From Alphaproteobacteria bacterium (GTDB taxonomy: Bacteria; Pseudomonadota; Alphaproteobacteria; JBHICW01), in the NCBI GenBank assembly GCA_046759785.1, contig JBHICW010000001.1:1-39215 (forward strand): DNA of 39,215 nt. The letters run 5' to 3'. A model generated the notes under the pieces. It ran no database searches. It saw nothing but the letters and a program-made list of their open reading frames with translations, and was not told the origin of the DNA. Made by a program: the position numbers and the translations under genes. Shown here piece after piece: positions 19,474 to 28,029 of the stretch (position 1 is the stretch's first letter; the number at the start of each line of letters is the position of its first letter).

Positions 19474-19730
19474 CGAGAAACCCTAATATTGGAGCAGGAC
19501 CGCCAAGCAGTCGCCCAAGACTTCACAAACTGCCTCGGTACGCGGGCAAGTCGTTCCAAATGGCTAACCCTTGTATCCTCAAACAGGGTAGACACTAAAT
19601 GTGGCAAAAGTGTGTTCTTGTAATGTTCCTTTTCTGGCAGACGACCGAAAGGTCGGCGGGACGCACGAGACGTGCCGCCAGACCCAGCGCGCACGCGCGG
19701 TGGACAAAAAGATAAGGAAGGGCCGCGGAA

Positions 19731-20136
<406 letters not shown>

Positions 20137-20142
20137 ATCCCT

Positions 20143-20171
20143 CAAATAGCGACGGGCGGCGGCGGCGTCAA
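20143..20171 (-). promoter_or_regulatory. Candidate sigma70-type promoter of rnpB
   Basis: The minus strand reads TTGACG (20171-20166), a 17-nt spacer, then TATTTG (20148-20143). A further 6 nt leads to G at 20136, which is also the first base of the predicted P1 helix. The -35 overlaps the amidase TGA stop (20168-20170). Confidence 0.55.
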
Positions 20172-20908
20172 CCGATTCGCTCGACGAGCTCGAACAGGCG
20201 TTGGGCCGTCTCGGGGTCGACGGCGCTGTCGACCCGCTCTGCCCGAAAGTGCCTTTGAAACGCGGCGACGACGGAAGCGGTGGTGGCGTCGAATCGGCCG
20301 TCGGTCGAGACCGCGTAGCCGAACTCCTTGAGCGCGCGCTGGATGTCCTTGACCGGCGGCCCGCTGTCCCCGGGGCAGAGCACGAGACCCATCTCGCCTT
20401 TCACGACCGGCCGCGCCGGCCACAGCCCCACGCCCGCCTCCGACAGCCGCCGCCAGTCGAAGAGCTCTCCGGGATCGCGTTTCCGATGAGGCGCCACGTC
20501 CGAATGCCCGAGCACGTGGCGGGCGGGAATCGGGTGCCGGGCCATGATGTCTTGAGCCAGCGCCTCGAGCGCCGCCATCTGCGGCTCGGGGTAAGGCCGG
20601 TAGCCATGCTCGTAGCCGGGGTTGTGGAGCTCGATCCCGATCGAGGCGCCATTGACGTCCCGCCGTCCCCGCCACGAGGCCTCCCCCGCATGCCAGGCGC
20701 GCCGCGCTTCGGCAACCAGGCGGTAGACTGTCCCGTCCTCGTCGATGAGGTAATGGGCGCTGACGCTGGCCGAGGGATCGGTGAGACGGGCCAGTGCCTC
20801 GGCGGTGGTGGGCATCCCGGTATAGTGGAGAATGAGCATGTCGACCGCCACCCCGTCCGGGCGCGCGTCGTTGTTGGGCGACAGGCGGTCGACGATTGCG
20901 AGCCTCAT
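20168..20908 (-). CDS. N-acetylmuramoyl-L-alanine amidase (Amidase_2, AmpD/AmiD family) with C-terminal peptidoglycan-binding-like domain
   Basis: Lies in ORF 20168..21388. Start trimmed to ATG 20908 (MRLAIVDRLSPNNDARP...) because the upstream part overlaps the ABC-F gene out of frame. Amidase_2 hallmarks are ILHYTGM, SAHYLIDEDGTVYRLV, AWHAG, SIGIELHN and VLGHSDVAPHRKRDPG. The C-terminal segment VKDIQRALKEFGYAVSTDGRFDATTASVVAAFQRHF resembles a PG_binding_1 repeat. No signal peptide or lipobox is visible. Confidence 0.88.
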   Translation of the reverse strand: MRLAIVDRLSPNNDARPDGVAVDMLILHYTGMPTTAEALARLTDPSASVSAHYLIDEDGTVYRLVAEARRAWHAGEASWRGRRDVNGASIGIELHNPGYEHGYRPYPEPQMAALEALAQDIMARHPIPARHVLGHSDVAPHRKRDPGELFDWRRLSEAGVGLWPARPVVKGEMGLVLCPGDSGPPVKDIQRALKEFGYAVSTDGRFDATTASVVAAFQRHFRAERVDSAVDPETAQRLFELVERIG

Positions 20909-21002
20909 CGCTCGAGGCGCCGGGCCCCCGGGCCCTGCGTCCTGGTCCCAGCCACCGGCAGGACGTCGTCGACTGCCGCGGTCGGCACTTGACCCTCCGG
21001 TC

Positions 21003-22841
21003 TCACCGCCTGGCCTCCGCCTCTCCGGCCTCGGCGGCGGCCGCCAGGTCCAGCCATCGATCCGCCGCGGCCTCGAGTTCGTCGCGCGCACGTTCGAGCC
21101 GCTCGGCGGCGGCCGCGAAGCCCTGCCTGTCGCGGCCGTAGAAGTCGGGCTCGGTGAGCCGCGACTCGAGGCCCGCCACCTCTGCCTCCAGGGCTTCGAT
21201 CCGCGCGTTGAGCCGCTCCAGCTCCTGCCCGAGCCGGTGCCGCAGCCTGCCCGGGCGTTCGCCGGCGCGCCGTCGCTGGGCCTGCCGCTTCGGGCCGGGC
21301 TTGGCCTCCGCCTCTGCAACCGAAGCGGGGCGCTGGCGCAGGTAATCGCTGTACCCACCGGCGTACTCCACCGCGCCGCCCTCCCCATCCAGCACGATCA
21401 CGCTGGTCACCAGCCGGTCCAGGAAGTCGCGGTCGTGGCTGACCACGAGCAGGGTCCCCTCGTAGGCGCCGAGGACGTCGAGGAGGACGTCCAGGCTGTC
21501 GGTGTCCAGGTCGTTGGTGGGCTCGTCGAGCGCGAGCAGGTTGCTGGGGCGAAGGAACAGCTTGGCGAGCAGAAGCCGGCTCCGCTCGCCGCCCGAAAGG
21601 CTCTTCGCCGGGCTCCTCGCCCGACCTTCGTCGAACAGGAAGTCGCGGAGGTAGCCGACGACGTGCCGCGGCTCGCCGTCCACGACAACCGTGTCGCTCC
21701 CCTTCCCGCACAGGATCTCAATGACCGTCGCCTCCTCGTCGAGGGTCGCGCGGAGCTGATCGAAGTAGGCGGCCCTGAGACCCGTGCCCAGGCGCACGGT
21801 GCCGAAATCGGGCTCGAGGTCGCCGGTGAGCATCCTCAGAAGCGTCGTCTTGCCGGCGCCGGAGGGACCGATGATCCCGACACGATCGCCGCGCAGCACG
21901 CGGGTCGAGAAGTCACGAAAGACGATTTTGTCCCCGAAGCTCTTTCGGATCCGCCGGGCCTCCACCGCCAGCTTCCCGCCGGGGGCGACGGCGTCGACCA
22001 TGAAGCGGACCCGCCGCTCGGCGACGACGCGGCGGGCGCGTTCCTCGCGGAGCTCGGTGAGTCGGCGCAGCCGGCCCCGGTTGCGGCGGCGGCGGGCGGT
22101 CACCCCCCGCTCCAGCCATCGCCGCCCGGCAGCCAGGCGCTGGCGGCGCCGTCGCGCCTCCGCGTCCTCCGCCGCAAACACCTCCTCCGACCAACGCTCG
22201 AATCGCTCGAACCCCGCATCCAGCCTTAAAAGGCGACCGCGTCGTAGCCAGAACGTGCGGCGCGTGAGCCGGGTCAGGAACGCCCTGTCGTGGCTGACCA
22301 CGAGGAGGCCCCCGCGGAAATCGAGAAGCGTCTCCTCAAGCCACTCGATGGTGGGGATGTCCAGATGGTTGGTCGGCTCGTCGAGCAAGAGGACGTCCGG
22401 CTCGCCGGCAAGGGCGCGCGCCAGGTCCGCGCGCCGCACCGCACCGCCCGACAGCGTCGCCACCTGCGCGCCGGGGTCGAGCCCGAGTCGGTCCAAGAGC
22501 GCGGCCGCCTGCCGCTCGAACCGAGGTGCGTCCACCGTCCTCCCGGCCCCCGAGCGCACGAAGTCCCAAACACTGGTACCGCCCGCCGCGGCGGTCTCCT
22601 GCGGCAGATAGCCGACGAGCACGCCTGGGCGGGCGAACCGTTCCCCCGGATCGAGGTCGAGGAGCCCGGCGAGCGCCTTCAAGAGGCTCGACTTCCCGGC
22701 CCCGTTGGGGCCCACCAGGCAGCTCTTATCGCCGCGGGCGATCGCGAGCGAGGCGTCGTCGACGAGCGGCGTCGGCCCGAAGCTCAAGCCGGCCGACCGC
22801 AGCGAGAGGACGGGAACAAGAGAGCCCATCACGCCCACCAC
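21003..22841 (-). CDS. ABC-F family ATPase (Uup-like; two NBDs, no membrane domain, C-terminal coiled coil)
   Basis: 612 aa. NBD1 has GPNGAGKSS, LSGGAVRR and LLLDEPTNHLD. An Arg-rich inter-domain linker follows. NBD2 has GPSGAGKTT, LSGGERSR and LALDEPTNDLD. The tail is coiled-coil-like (LERLNARIEALEAEVAGLESRL). The start may be a few codons downstream (M5). Confidence 0.9.
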   Translation of the reverse strand: MVGVMGSLVPVLSLRSAGLSFGPTPLVDDASLAIARGDKSCLVGPNGAGKSSLLKALAGLLDLDPGERFARPGVLVGYLPQETAAAGGTSVWDFVRSGAGRTVDAPRFERQAAALLDRLGLDPGAQVATLSGGAVRRADLARALAGEPDVLLLDEPTNHLDIPTIEWLEETLLDFRGGLLVVSHDRAFLTRLTRRTFWLRRGRLLRLDAGFERFERWSEEVFAAEDAEARRRRQRLAAGRRWLERGVTARRRRNRGRLRRLTELREERARRVVAERRVRFMVDAVAPGGKLAVEARRIRKSFGDKIVFRDFSTRVLRGDRVGIIGPSGAGKTTLLRMLTGDLEPDFGTVRLGTGLRAAYFDQLRATLDEEATVIEILCGKGSDTVVVDGEPRHVVGYLRDFLFDEGRARSPAKSLSGGERSRLLLAKLFLRPSNLLALDEPTNDLDTDSLDVLLDVLGAYEGTLLVVSHDRDFLDRLVTSVIVLDGEGGAVEYAGGYSDYLRQRPASVAEAEAKPGPKRQAQRRRAGERPGRLRHRLGQELERLNARIEALEAEVAGLESRLTEPDFYGRDRQGFAAAAERLERARDELEAAADRWLDLAAAAEAGEAEARR

Positions 22842-22847
22842 CGCGGC

Positions 22848-23576
22848 CTACCTGAGGCCCCTTTGCTTGACGATCCGGTCGTAGGCGTCGTTGATCTTGG
22901 CGAGCCTTTCGTTGGCGAGCTGCACGAACTCCTTCGGCATTCCTTGGGCGGTGAGCACGTCGGGGTGGTTCTCCCGAACGAGCCGGCGGTAGGCCGCCTT
23001 GAGCTCGCGGTCGGAGACGGCGCTTCGGACCCCCAGGAGCCGGTATGGGTCCGCCTTCTCGACCCCGGCGTAGCGCGCGCGGACGCGCTCGAAAGCGACG
23101 TCGTCGAAGCCAAAGATCTCCGCCACCCTTCTGAGATAGGTGAGCTCGGCCGAGTGGATCACGCGGTCGGCGGCCGCGATGTGGAACAACCCGTTGAGCA
23201 GCTCTTCGAGCACCACCGGGTTGTGGTGGAACATCCCTGCGATCTGCTCGGCGTAGGACTCGAAGCCCGAGGCCTCCTTCCGGGCCTCGTTGAACACCCG
23301 GCCGACGCTGTTGAGCTCGTGCGTCGGAACGTGGAAGACGCGCTTGAAGGCGTTGATCTCGTCGCGGGTGACCACGCCGTCGGCCTTCGCCATCTTCGCG
23401 GCCAGGACGATGACCCCGATCGTGAACGCGATCCGGCGCGCCTCCACGTCGCTCACCCGCCTAGTCGCCCTCATGCGGTCGACGGCGTGGCCGGCGAGGG
23501 CGCCGATCAGCGCGCCCAGGGGACCGCCGAGCGCGAACCCGGCGGCGCCACCGAGGACCTTGCCCCAGATACTCAT
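22848..23576 (-). CDS. djlA: DjlA-like co-chaperone (N-terminal TM, TerB-like domain, C-terminal J domain)
   Basis: Lies in ORF 22848..23663. Start trimmed to ATG 23576, preceded by GGAGTGGAGG. The N-terminus is Gly-rich and hydrophobic (MSIWGKVLGGAAGFALGGPLGALIGALAG). The TerB-like segment is LAAKMAKADGVVTRDEINAF. The J domain is DPYRLLGV....DRELKAAYRRLVRENHPD. Confidence 0.86.
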   Translation of the reverse strand: MSIWGKVLGGAAGFALGGPLGALIGALAGHAVDRMRATRRVSDVEARRIAFTIGVIVLAAKMAKADGVVTRDEINAFKRVFHVPTHELNSVGRVFNEARKEASGFESYAEQIAGMFHHNPVVLEELLNGLFHIAAADRVIHSAELTYLRRVAEIFGFDDVAFERVRARYAGVEKADPYRLLGVRSAVSDRELKAAYRRLVRENHPDVLTAQGMPKEFVQLANERLAKINDAYDRIVKQRGLR

Positions 23577-23782
23577 GCCTCCACTCCACCCGCGGGACGC
23601 GTCCGCGCCCAACGAGACGACGCCTCTGCGCGGCTCGCCGAGAGGCAACCAGACTCGCGTCATCCGCGGGGTTGCGTCAAGACGGGCGGTGGCTCTAACT
23701 TGGGCGGCCAGCCACCGATGAGCGCGAGAGGAGGGCGGCCCCGGCGGGCGACACGGCCCGAGAGACGGGTGAGGGAGGACCT

Positions 23783-25816
23783 ATGGGCGAGAAACGAAGC
23801 GTAGCCATCGTCGGGCCCTCGCTAAGCGGCAAGACGACCCTCTTGGAGAGTCTCCTCTTCGTCACCGGCGCCATCTCGCGCAAGGGCAGCGTCAAGGAAG
23901 CAAACACCGTCGGCGACGCCTCGCCGGAGGCGCGCGCGCGGCAGACGAGCGTGGAGATCTCCGCCGCCTCGACCGACGTGGACGGGGTGACCTTCACCTT
24001 CCTGGACTGCCCGGGCTCGGTGGAGTTCTGGGGCGAGACGCGACAGGCGCTGGTCGGCGTGGACGCGACGCTCGTCGTCTTCGAGCCGGTCGCCGAGCGG
24101 GCGCTCACACTCGCGCCGATCTTCCGCGTCCTCGACGGCCTCGAGATCCCGCACCTCTTGTTCGTCAACAAGATGGACCGGACGAGCGAGCCGCTCGACA
24201 ACCTGGTCGAGGCGGTCCGGGCCGTCGCGGGGCATCCCCTGGTCCTCCAGCAGTTCCCGATCATCGAAGGCGAATCCCTTACCGGTTATGTCGACCTGTT
24301 CACCGGCAAGGCCTATGCCTACAAGGCGGGCGCCGGGGCGCAAGAGATCGCCGTGCCCGAGGCGGTGAAGGACGGGGCCGACGCGGCGCGGACCGATTCG
24401 CTGGAGAAGCTCGCCGACTTCGACGACGCCCTTCTCGAGAAGCTTCTCGAAGACCAGACCCCGACCGAGGAGGAGGCGACGGCCACGCTCCGCCAAGCGT
24501 TCGCGGGCAACAAGGTGGTGCCGGTGTTCTTCGGGGCCACGGAGCAGGAGCACGGCGTGCGCCGCCTCATCGCGTGGCTCGCCGAGCTCGTGCCTTCGCC
24601 GGCCGCGACCGCCGGGAGGCGCGGGGTGGATTCCGCCGGGGACGATCTCCTGGCGCAGGTGCTCAAGAACTACATGACCGCCCACGGCGGCAAGCTGTCG
24701 CTGGCGCGGATCTGGCGGGGAACCGTGGCCGAGGGCGAGGTGGTGAACGGCTTCCGCGTCGGCGGCGTCTACCGCATGCTGGGCCAGCACCAGACCAAGC
24801 TCGAGCGCGCCGAGGCCGGCGACATCGTGGCGCTCGGCCGCCTCGACGACGTCGCCAGCGGCGAGACCCTCGCCAAAGGCCACCATAAGCCGGCCCAGGA
24901 ACTCGAGCGGCCGGAGCCGCCGAATCCCGTCTATGCGCGCGCCATCACGGCCGAGAAGCGGCAGGACGAGGTGAAATTGAGCGGTGCCGTCGCCAAGGTG
25001 CTCGACGAAGACCCCTCGCTCTCACTCGAGCCGAGCGGCGAGACCAACCAGCTCCTGCTCTGGGGGCAGGGAGAGCTGCATCTCCAGGTCGCCCTCGATC
25101 GGCTCAAGAACCGTTACAACCTGCCGGTGAAGACCGAGCGCCCGAAGGTCCCGTACAAGGAGGCGATCCGCAAGGGCATCAAGCAGCACGGGCGCTTCAA
25201 GCGTCAGACGGGCGGCCACGGCATGTACGGCGACGTGCATTTGGAGATCAAGCCGCTGCCGCGCGGCTCCGGCTTCCAGTTCCACCAGACGATCGCCGGC
25301 GGGGCGGTGCCCAAACAGTACATTCCCGCGGTCGAGTCCGGGGTCATAGGGTACCTCAAGAAGGGTCCCTTGGGGTTCCCCGTGGTCGACATTTCCGTCA
25401 CCCTTTTCGACGGCGGCTACCACGAGGTCGACAGCTCGGAGCAGTCGTTCAAGCTGGCGGCGCGGGTCGCCATGAGCGAGGGGATGCCGAGGTGCGACCC
25501 GATTCTGTTGGAGCCGATCTACCACGTCGAGATCTCGGTGCCGTCGGAGTTCACCTCCAGGGTCCAGCGGCTCATCAGCGGGCGGCGCGGGCACATCCTG
25601 GGCTTCGAGGCGAGGTCGGATTGGGAGCAGTGGGACATGGTCACCGCCCACATGCCCCAGGCCGAGCTCCACGACCTCATCAACGAGCTCCGGTCGCTCA
25701 CCTTGGGCGTCGGCGGGGTGAGTTGGCGCTACGATCACCTGACCGAGCTCACGGGCCGGCTCGCCGACCAGATCGTCGCCGCCGCGGCCGAGGAACGGGA
25801 AGAGCAGCGCGGCTAA
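23783..25816 (+). CDS. Elongation factor G-like translational GTPase paralogue (degenerate G domain)
   Basis: 677 aa with a GGGAGGA SD. G1 is GPSLSGKT, G3 is DCPGSVEF (canonical DTPGHVDF) and G4 is NKMD. The EF-G domain IV tip motif FDGGYHEVDSSEQSFKLAA and domain V-like sequence are present. Overall length and order match EF-G. Confidence 0.9.
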   Translation: MGEKRSVAIVGPSLSGKTTLLESLLFVTGAISRKGSVKEANTVGDASPEARARQTSVEISAASTDVDGVTFTFLDCPGSVEFWGETRQALVGVDATLVVFEPVAERALTLAPIFRVLDGLEIPHLLFVNKMDRTSEPLDNLVEAVRAVAGHPLVLQQFPIIEGESLTGYVDLFTGKAYAYKAGAGAQEIAVPEAVKDGADAARTDSLEKLADFDDALLEKLLEDQTPTEEEATATLRQAFAGNKVVPVFFGATEQEHGVRRLIAWLAELVPSPAATAGRRGVDSAGDDLLAQVLKNYMTAHGGKLSLARIWRGTVAEGEVVNGFRVGGVYRMLGQHQTKLERAEAGDIVALGRLDDVASGETLAKGHHKPAQELERPEPPNPVYARAITAEKRQDEVKLSGAVAKVLDEDPSLSLEPSGETNQLLLWGQGELHLQVALDRLKNRYNLPVKTERPKVPYKEAIRKGIKQHGRFKRQTGGHGMYGDVHLEIKPLPRGSGFQFHQTIAGGAVPKQYIPAVESGVIGYLKKGPLGFPVVDISVTLFDGGYHEVDSSEQSFKLAARVAMSEGMPRCDPILLEPIYHVEISVPSEFTSRVQRLISGRRGHILGFEARSDWEQWDMVTAHMPQAELHDLINELRSLTLGVGGVSWRYDHLTELTGRLADQIVAAAAEEREEQRG

Positions 25817-26005
25817 CGAATCGCCGGACGCCGGAGCTCGAGGAGGGGTTCGCGACGGGCGCGCGGCCTGCGCGCGATCGTGTGAGCCCTTGCCTCTCTT
25901 TTTCGCCGCGACGCGTTGTGCCGAGCCCCGTCATGGCTTAATCTCTCACCTTACCGAGTCCGAGCCCGCAATGGCGCGAGGATCGGAGAGTGAGGGAGGT
26001 ACATC

Positions 26006-26851
26006 ATGAGACACACCTTGAAGCCTGTCATTGGCCTGGTCGCAGCCGCGGTCGTCGCGATGCCGTTGAGCGCCTGGGCCGGCGAAGTGCTCGACCGGGT
26101 GATGAGCAACAACATGCTTGTCGTGGCGTCGGACGCAAATTATCCGCCGCAGTCGTTCCTCGACGAGAACAACGAGTTGCAAGGCTTCGACGTCGATGTC
26201 GCCAGGGAGGTCGCCAAGCGCCTCGGCGTAGAGATCGTGTTCGTGACCCCGGATTGGGAAGTCATCGTCGCCGGCAAGTGGGGCGGCCGCTGGGATCTCT
26301 CGATCGGCTCGATGACGCCGACGAAGCAGCGCGCGAAGGTGCTCGACTTCCCGGCGGTCTACTACTACACGCCGGCCTCCTTCGTCGTGCACCAGGACAA
26401 CACCACGATCAAGAAGGTCGCCGACCTGAACGGCAAGACGATCGGTGTTTGCGGCGGCTGTACCTACGAGTGGTATCTGCTCAAGAACCTGGTCATCGAT
26501 GCCGAAGGCGCACCGCCCTTCGAGTACCAAGTCACGGCCGGCGAGATCCGCTCGTATGCAGACGACGCGACGCACTTTGAGGATCTGAAGCTCGGCGACG
26601 GCGTGCGGCTCGACGCGGTCTTTACGGCCCTGCCGAACATCCAGGCGGCGATCGAGAGAGGGTACCCGATGAAGGTGGTCGGGGAGCCGGCGTTCTTCGA
26701 GCCGCTGTCCCTGGCCATCGACAAGGGCGACCCGGAGCTCAGCGCCAAGCTCACCGCGATCATCGAGGCGATGCACGCCGACGACACACTCACCAAGTTT
26801 TCGATGAATTGGTACGGCGCCGATCTGACGAAGGCGGCGCCGGAGATGTGA
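26006..26851 (+). CDS. Periplasmic polar amino-acid ABC transporter substrate-binding protein (SBP family 3)
   Basis: 281 aa. Signal peptide is MRHTLKPVIGLVAAAVVAMPLSAWA. Sequence ...YPPQSFLDENNELQGFDVDVAREVAKRLGVEIVFV.PDWE.IIAG... is typical of the HisJ/GlnH-like fold. GGGAGG SD. Confidence 0.9.
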   Translation: MRHTLKPVIGLVAAAVVAMPLSAWAGEVLDRVMSNNMLVVASDANYPPQSFLDENNELQGFDVDVAREVAKRLGVEIVFVTPDWEVIVAGKWGGRWDLSIGSMTPTKQRAKVLDFPAVYYYTPASFVVHQDNTTIKKVADLNGKTIGVCGGCTYEWYLLKNLVIDAEGAPPFEYQVTAGEIRSYADDATHFEDLKLGDGVRLDAVFTALPNIQAAIERGYPMKVVGEPAFFEPLSLAIDKGDPELSAKLTAIIEAMHADDTLTKFSMNWYGADLTKAAPEM

Positions 26852-26891
26852 TGGTCTTCAGCGAGACGCGGCCCACCGTTTAGGGCCCGCG

Positions 26892-27869
26892 ATGCGACGC
26901 GCCTTGAGCGTGTCGGATTACCTGGAGCGGCCTTGGGTTCCAAGGCTGCTCCTCTTTCTTGTGGTGACGGTCGCCGCGTCCGTGATCGACCTCACCGACA
27001 CGTTGCTTGGCCGCGCCTTGATCCCGGTGATCGCCAGCATGAGCGGCCCCGAGGGCGGGTTCATCGCCCGTCTGAACATCGGGATCGTGCTCGGCGCCAT
27101 GGTCGTCGCCAACGTGGCCATCGTCAGGGTGCTGCCCTTTCGGGCGCAGATTTTCGTCGTCTGGGCCGAGCTGCTGGCGCTGTTCCTGGCCTTCTTCTAC
27201 TCATTCGACTTGAGCTTCCCCTTCATTTTTTCGCGTATCGGCTTCCTGATCTTCCAGGGCGCGGTGACGACCATTTATATCTCGATGATTTCCATCGTCA
27301 TCTCGTGCGTGCTTGCGCTTGGTGCCGCTCTGGCCCGGCTGTCGTCGAGCGCCCCGGCCTACGGGGTGGCGAGGTTCTACATCTCCTTCTTTCGCGGCAC
27401 GCCGCTGCTGCTCCAGATCTATCTCATCTATCTCGGCCTGCCCCAGCTCGGCCTCATCCTCGACGCCGTGCCGTCGGGCGTGATTGCGCTGAGCCTGAAC
27501 TACGGCGCCTACATGGCCGAGGTCTTCCGCGCCGGCATCCAGAGCATCCCGGCCGGCCAGACCGAAGCCTCGCTCGCGCTTGGCATGCGGAAGCCGCTGA
27601 TCATGCGCAAGATCATCCTGCCCCAGGCGATGCGGGTGATCGTCCCGCCCACCGGCAGTCAGTTCATCGCCATGCTCAAGGATTCGTCGCTCGTTTCGAT
27701 CATGGGCGTGTGGGAGTTGATGTTCCTGGCCCGTACCCAGGGCCGCGCCGAGTTCAAGATTCTGGAGATGCTGATCACCGCCGCCATCATCTACTGGATC
27801 ATCTCGTTCGTGTTCGAGCTCATCCAGGCCCGCATCGAGGCCTACTACGGTAAAAGCACGAGGCGCTGA
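26892..27869 (+). CDS. Amino-acid ABC transporter permease (His/Glu/Gln/Arg/opine family) with about 100-aa N-terminal membrane extension
   Basis: 325 aa. The core has FFRGTPLLLQIYLIYLGLPQLG and the EAA-loop EASLALGMRKPLIMRKIILPQAMR. Three extra hydrophobic helices lie N-terminal to the core. The start codon is uncertain because no clear SD is visible. Confidence 0.87.
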   Translation: MRRALSVSDYLERPWVPRLLLFLVVTVAASVIDLTDTLLGRALIPVIASMSGPEGGFIARLNIGIVLGAMVVANVAIVRVLPFRAQIFVVWAELLALFLAFFYSFDLSFPFIFSRIGFLIFQGAVTTIYISMISIVISCVLALGAALARLSSSAPAYGVARFYISFFRGTPLLLQIYLIYLGLPQLGLILDAVPSGVIALSLNYGAYMAEVFRAGIQSIPAGQTEASLALGMRKPLIMRKIILPQAMRVIVPPTGSQFIAMLKDSSLVSIMGVWELMFLARTQGRAEFKILEMLITAAIIYWIISFVFELIQARIEAYYGKSTRR

Positions 27870-28029
27870 CCGCGGCCGCCGGCGGCCCAGAGCTACCCTT
27901 CAAAAGCACAGCTTGAAGAATGTTCCGGGCCGGGCGCGGTTCGCTCGCCCGTCGTGGCCCCTCCGTTCGTCTCGGACACGAAGGAGCGCACCCTTTGCGC
28001 CGAGCCCCGAGCGATCGGAGGCCGCGGCG

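Noticed and set aside
22290-23804. 504-aa plus-strand ORF
   Set aside because: It is antisense to the ABC-F and djlA genes, has the same shadow-ORF composition, and also overlaps the start of the EF-G-like gene.
25859-25875. GCGCGC-ggcct-GCGCGC hairpin downstream of the EF-G-like gene
   Set aside because: The stem is only 6 bp, and the nearest T-run (ctctctttttcg) is about 20 nt away, so the evidence for an intrinsic terminator is insufficient.
27874-27887. Perfect 14-nt palindrome GGCCGCCGGCGGCC just after the plus-strand permease stop, and a GGGCCGGGCG...CGCCC..GGCCC stem at 27927-27960
   Set aside because: The palindrome is too short for a stable terminator hairpin (at most a 5-bp stem with a 4-nt loop). 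The second stem is bulged and lacks a clear U-tract on either strand. It may help terminate the convergent operons but is not supportable as a feature.
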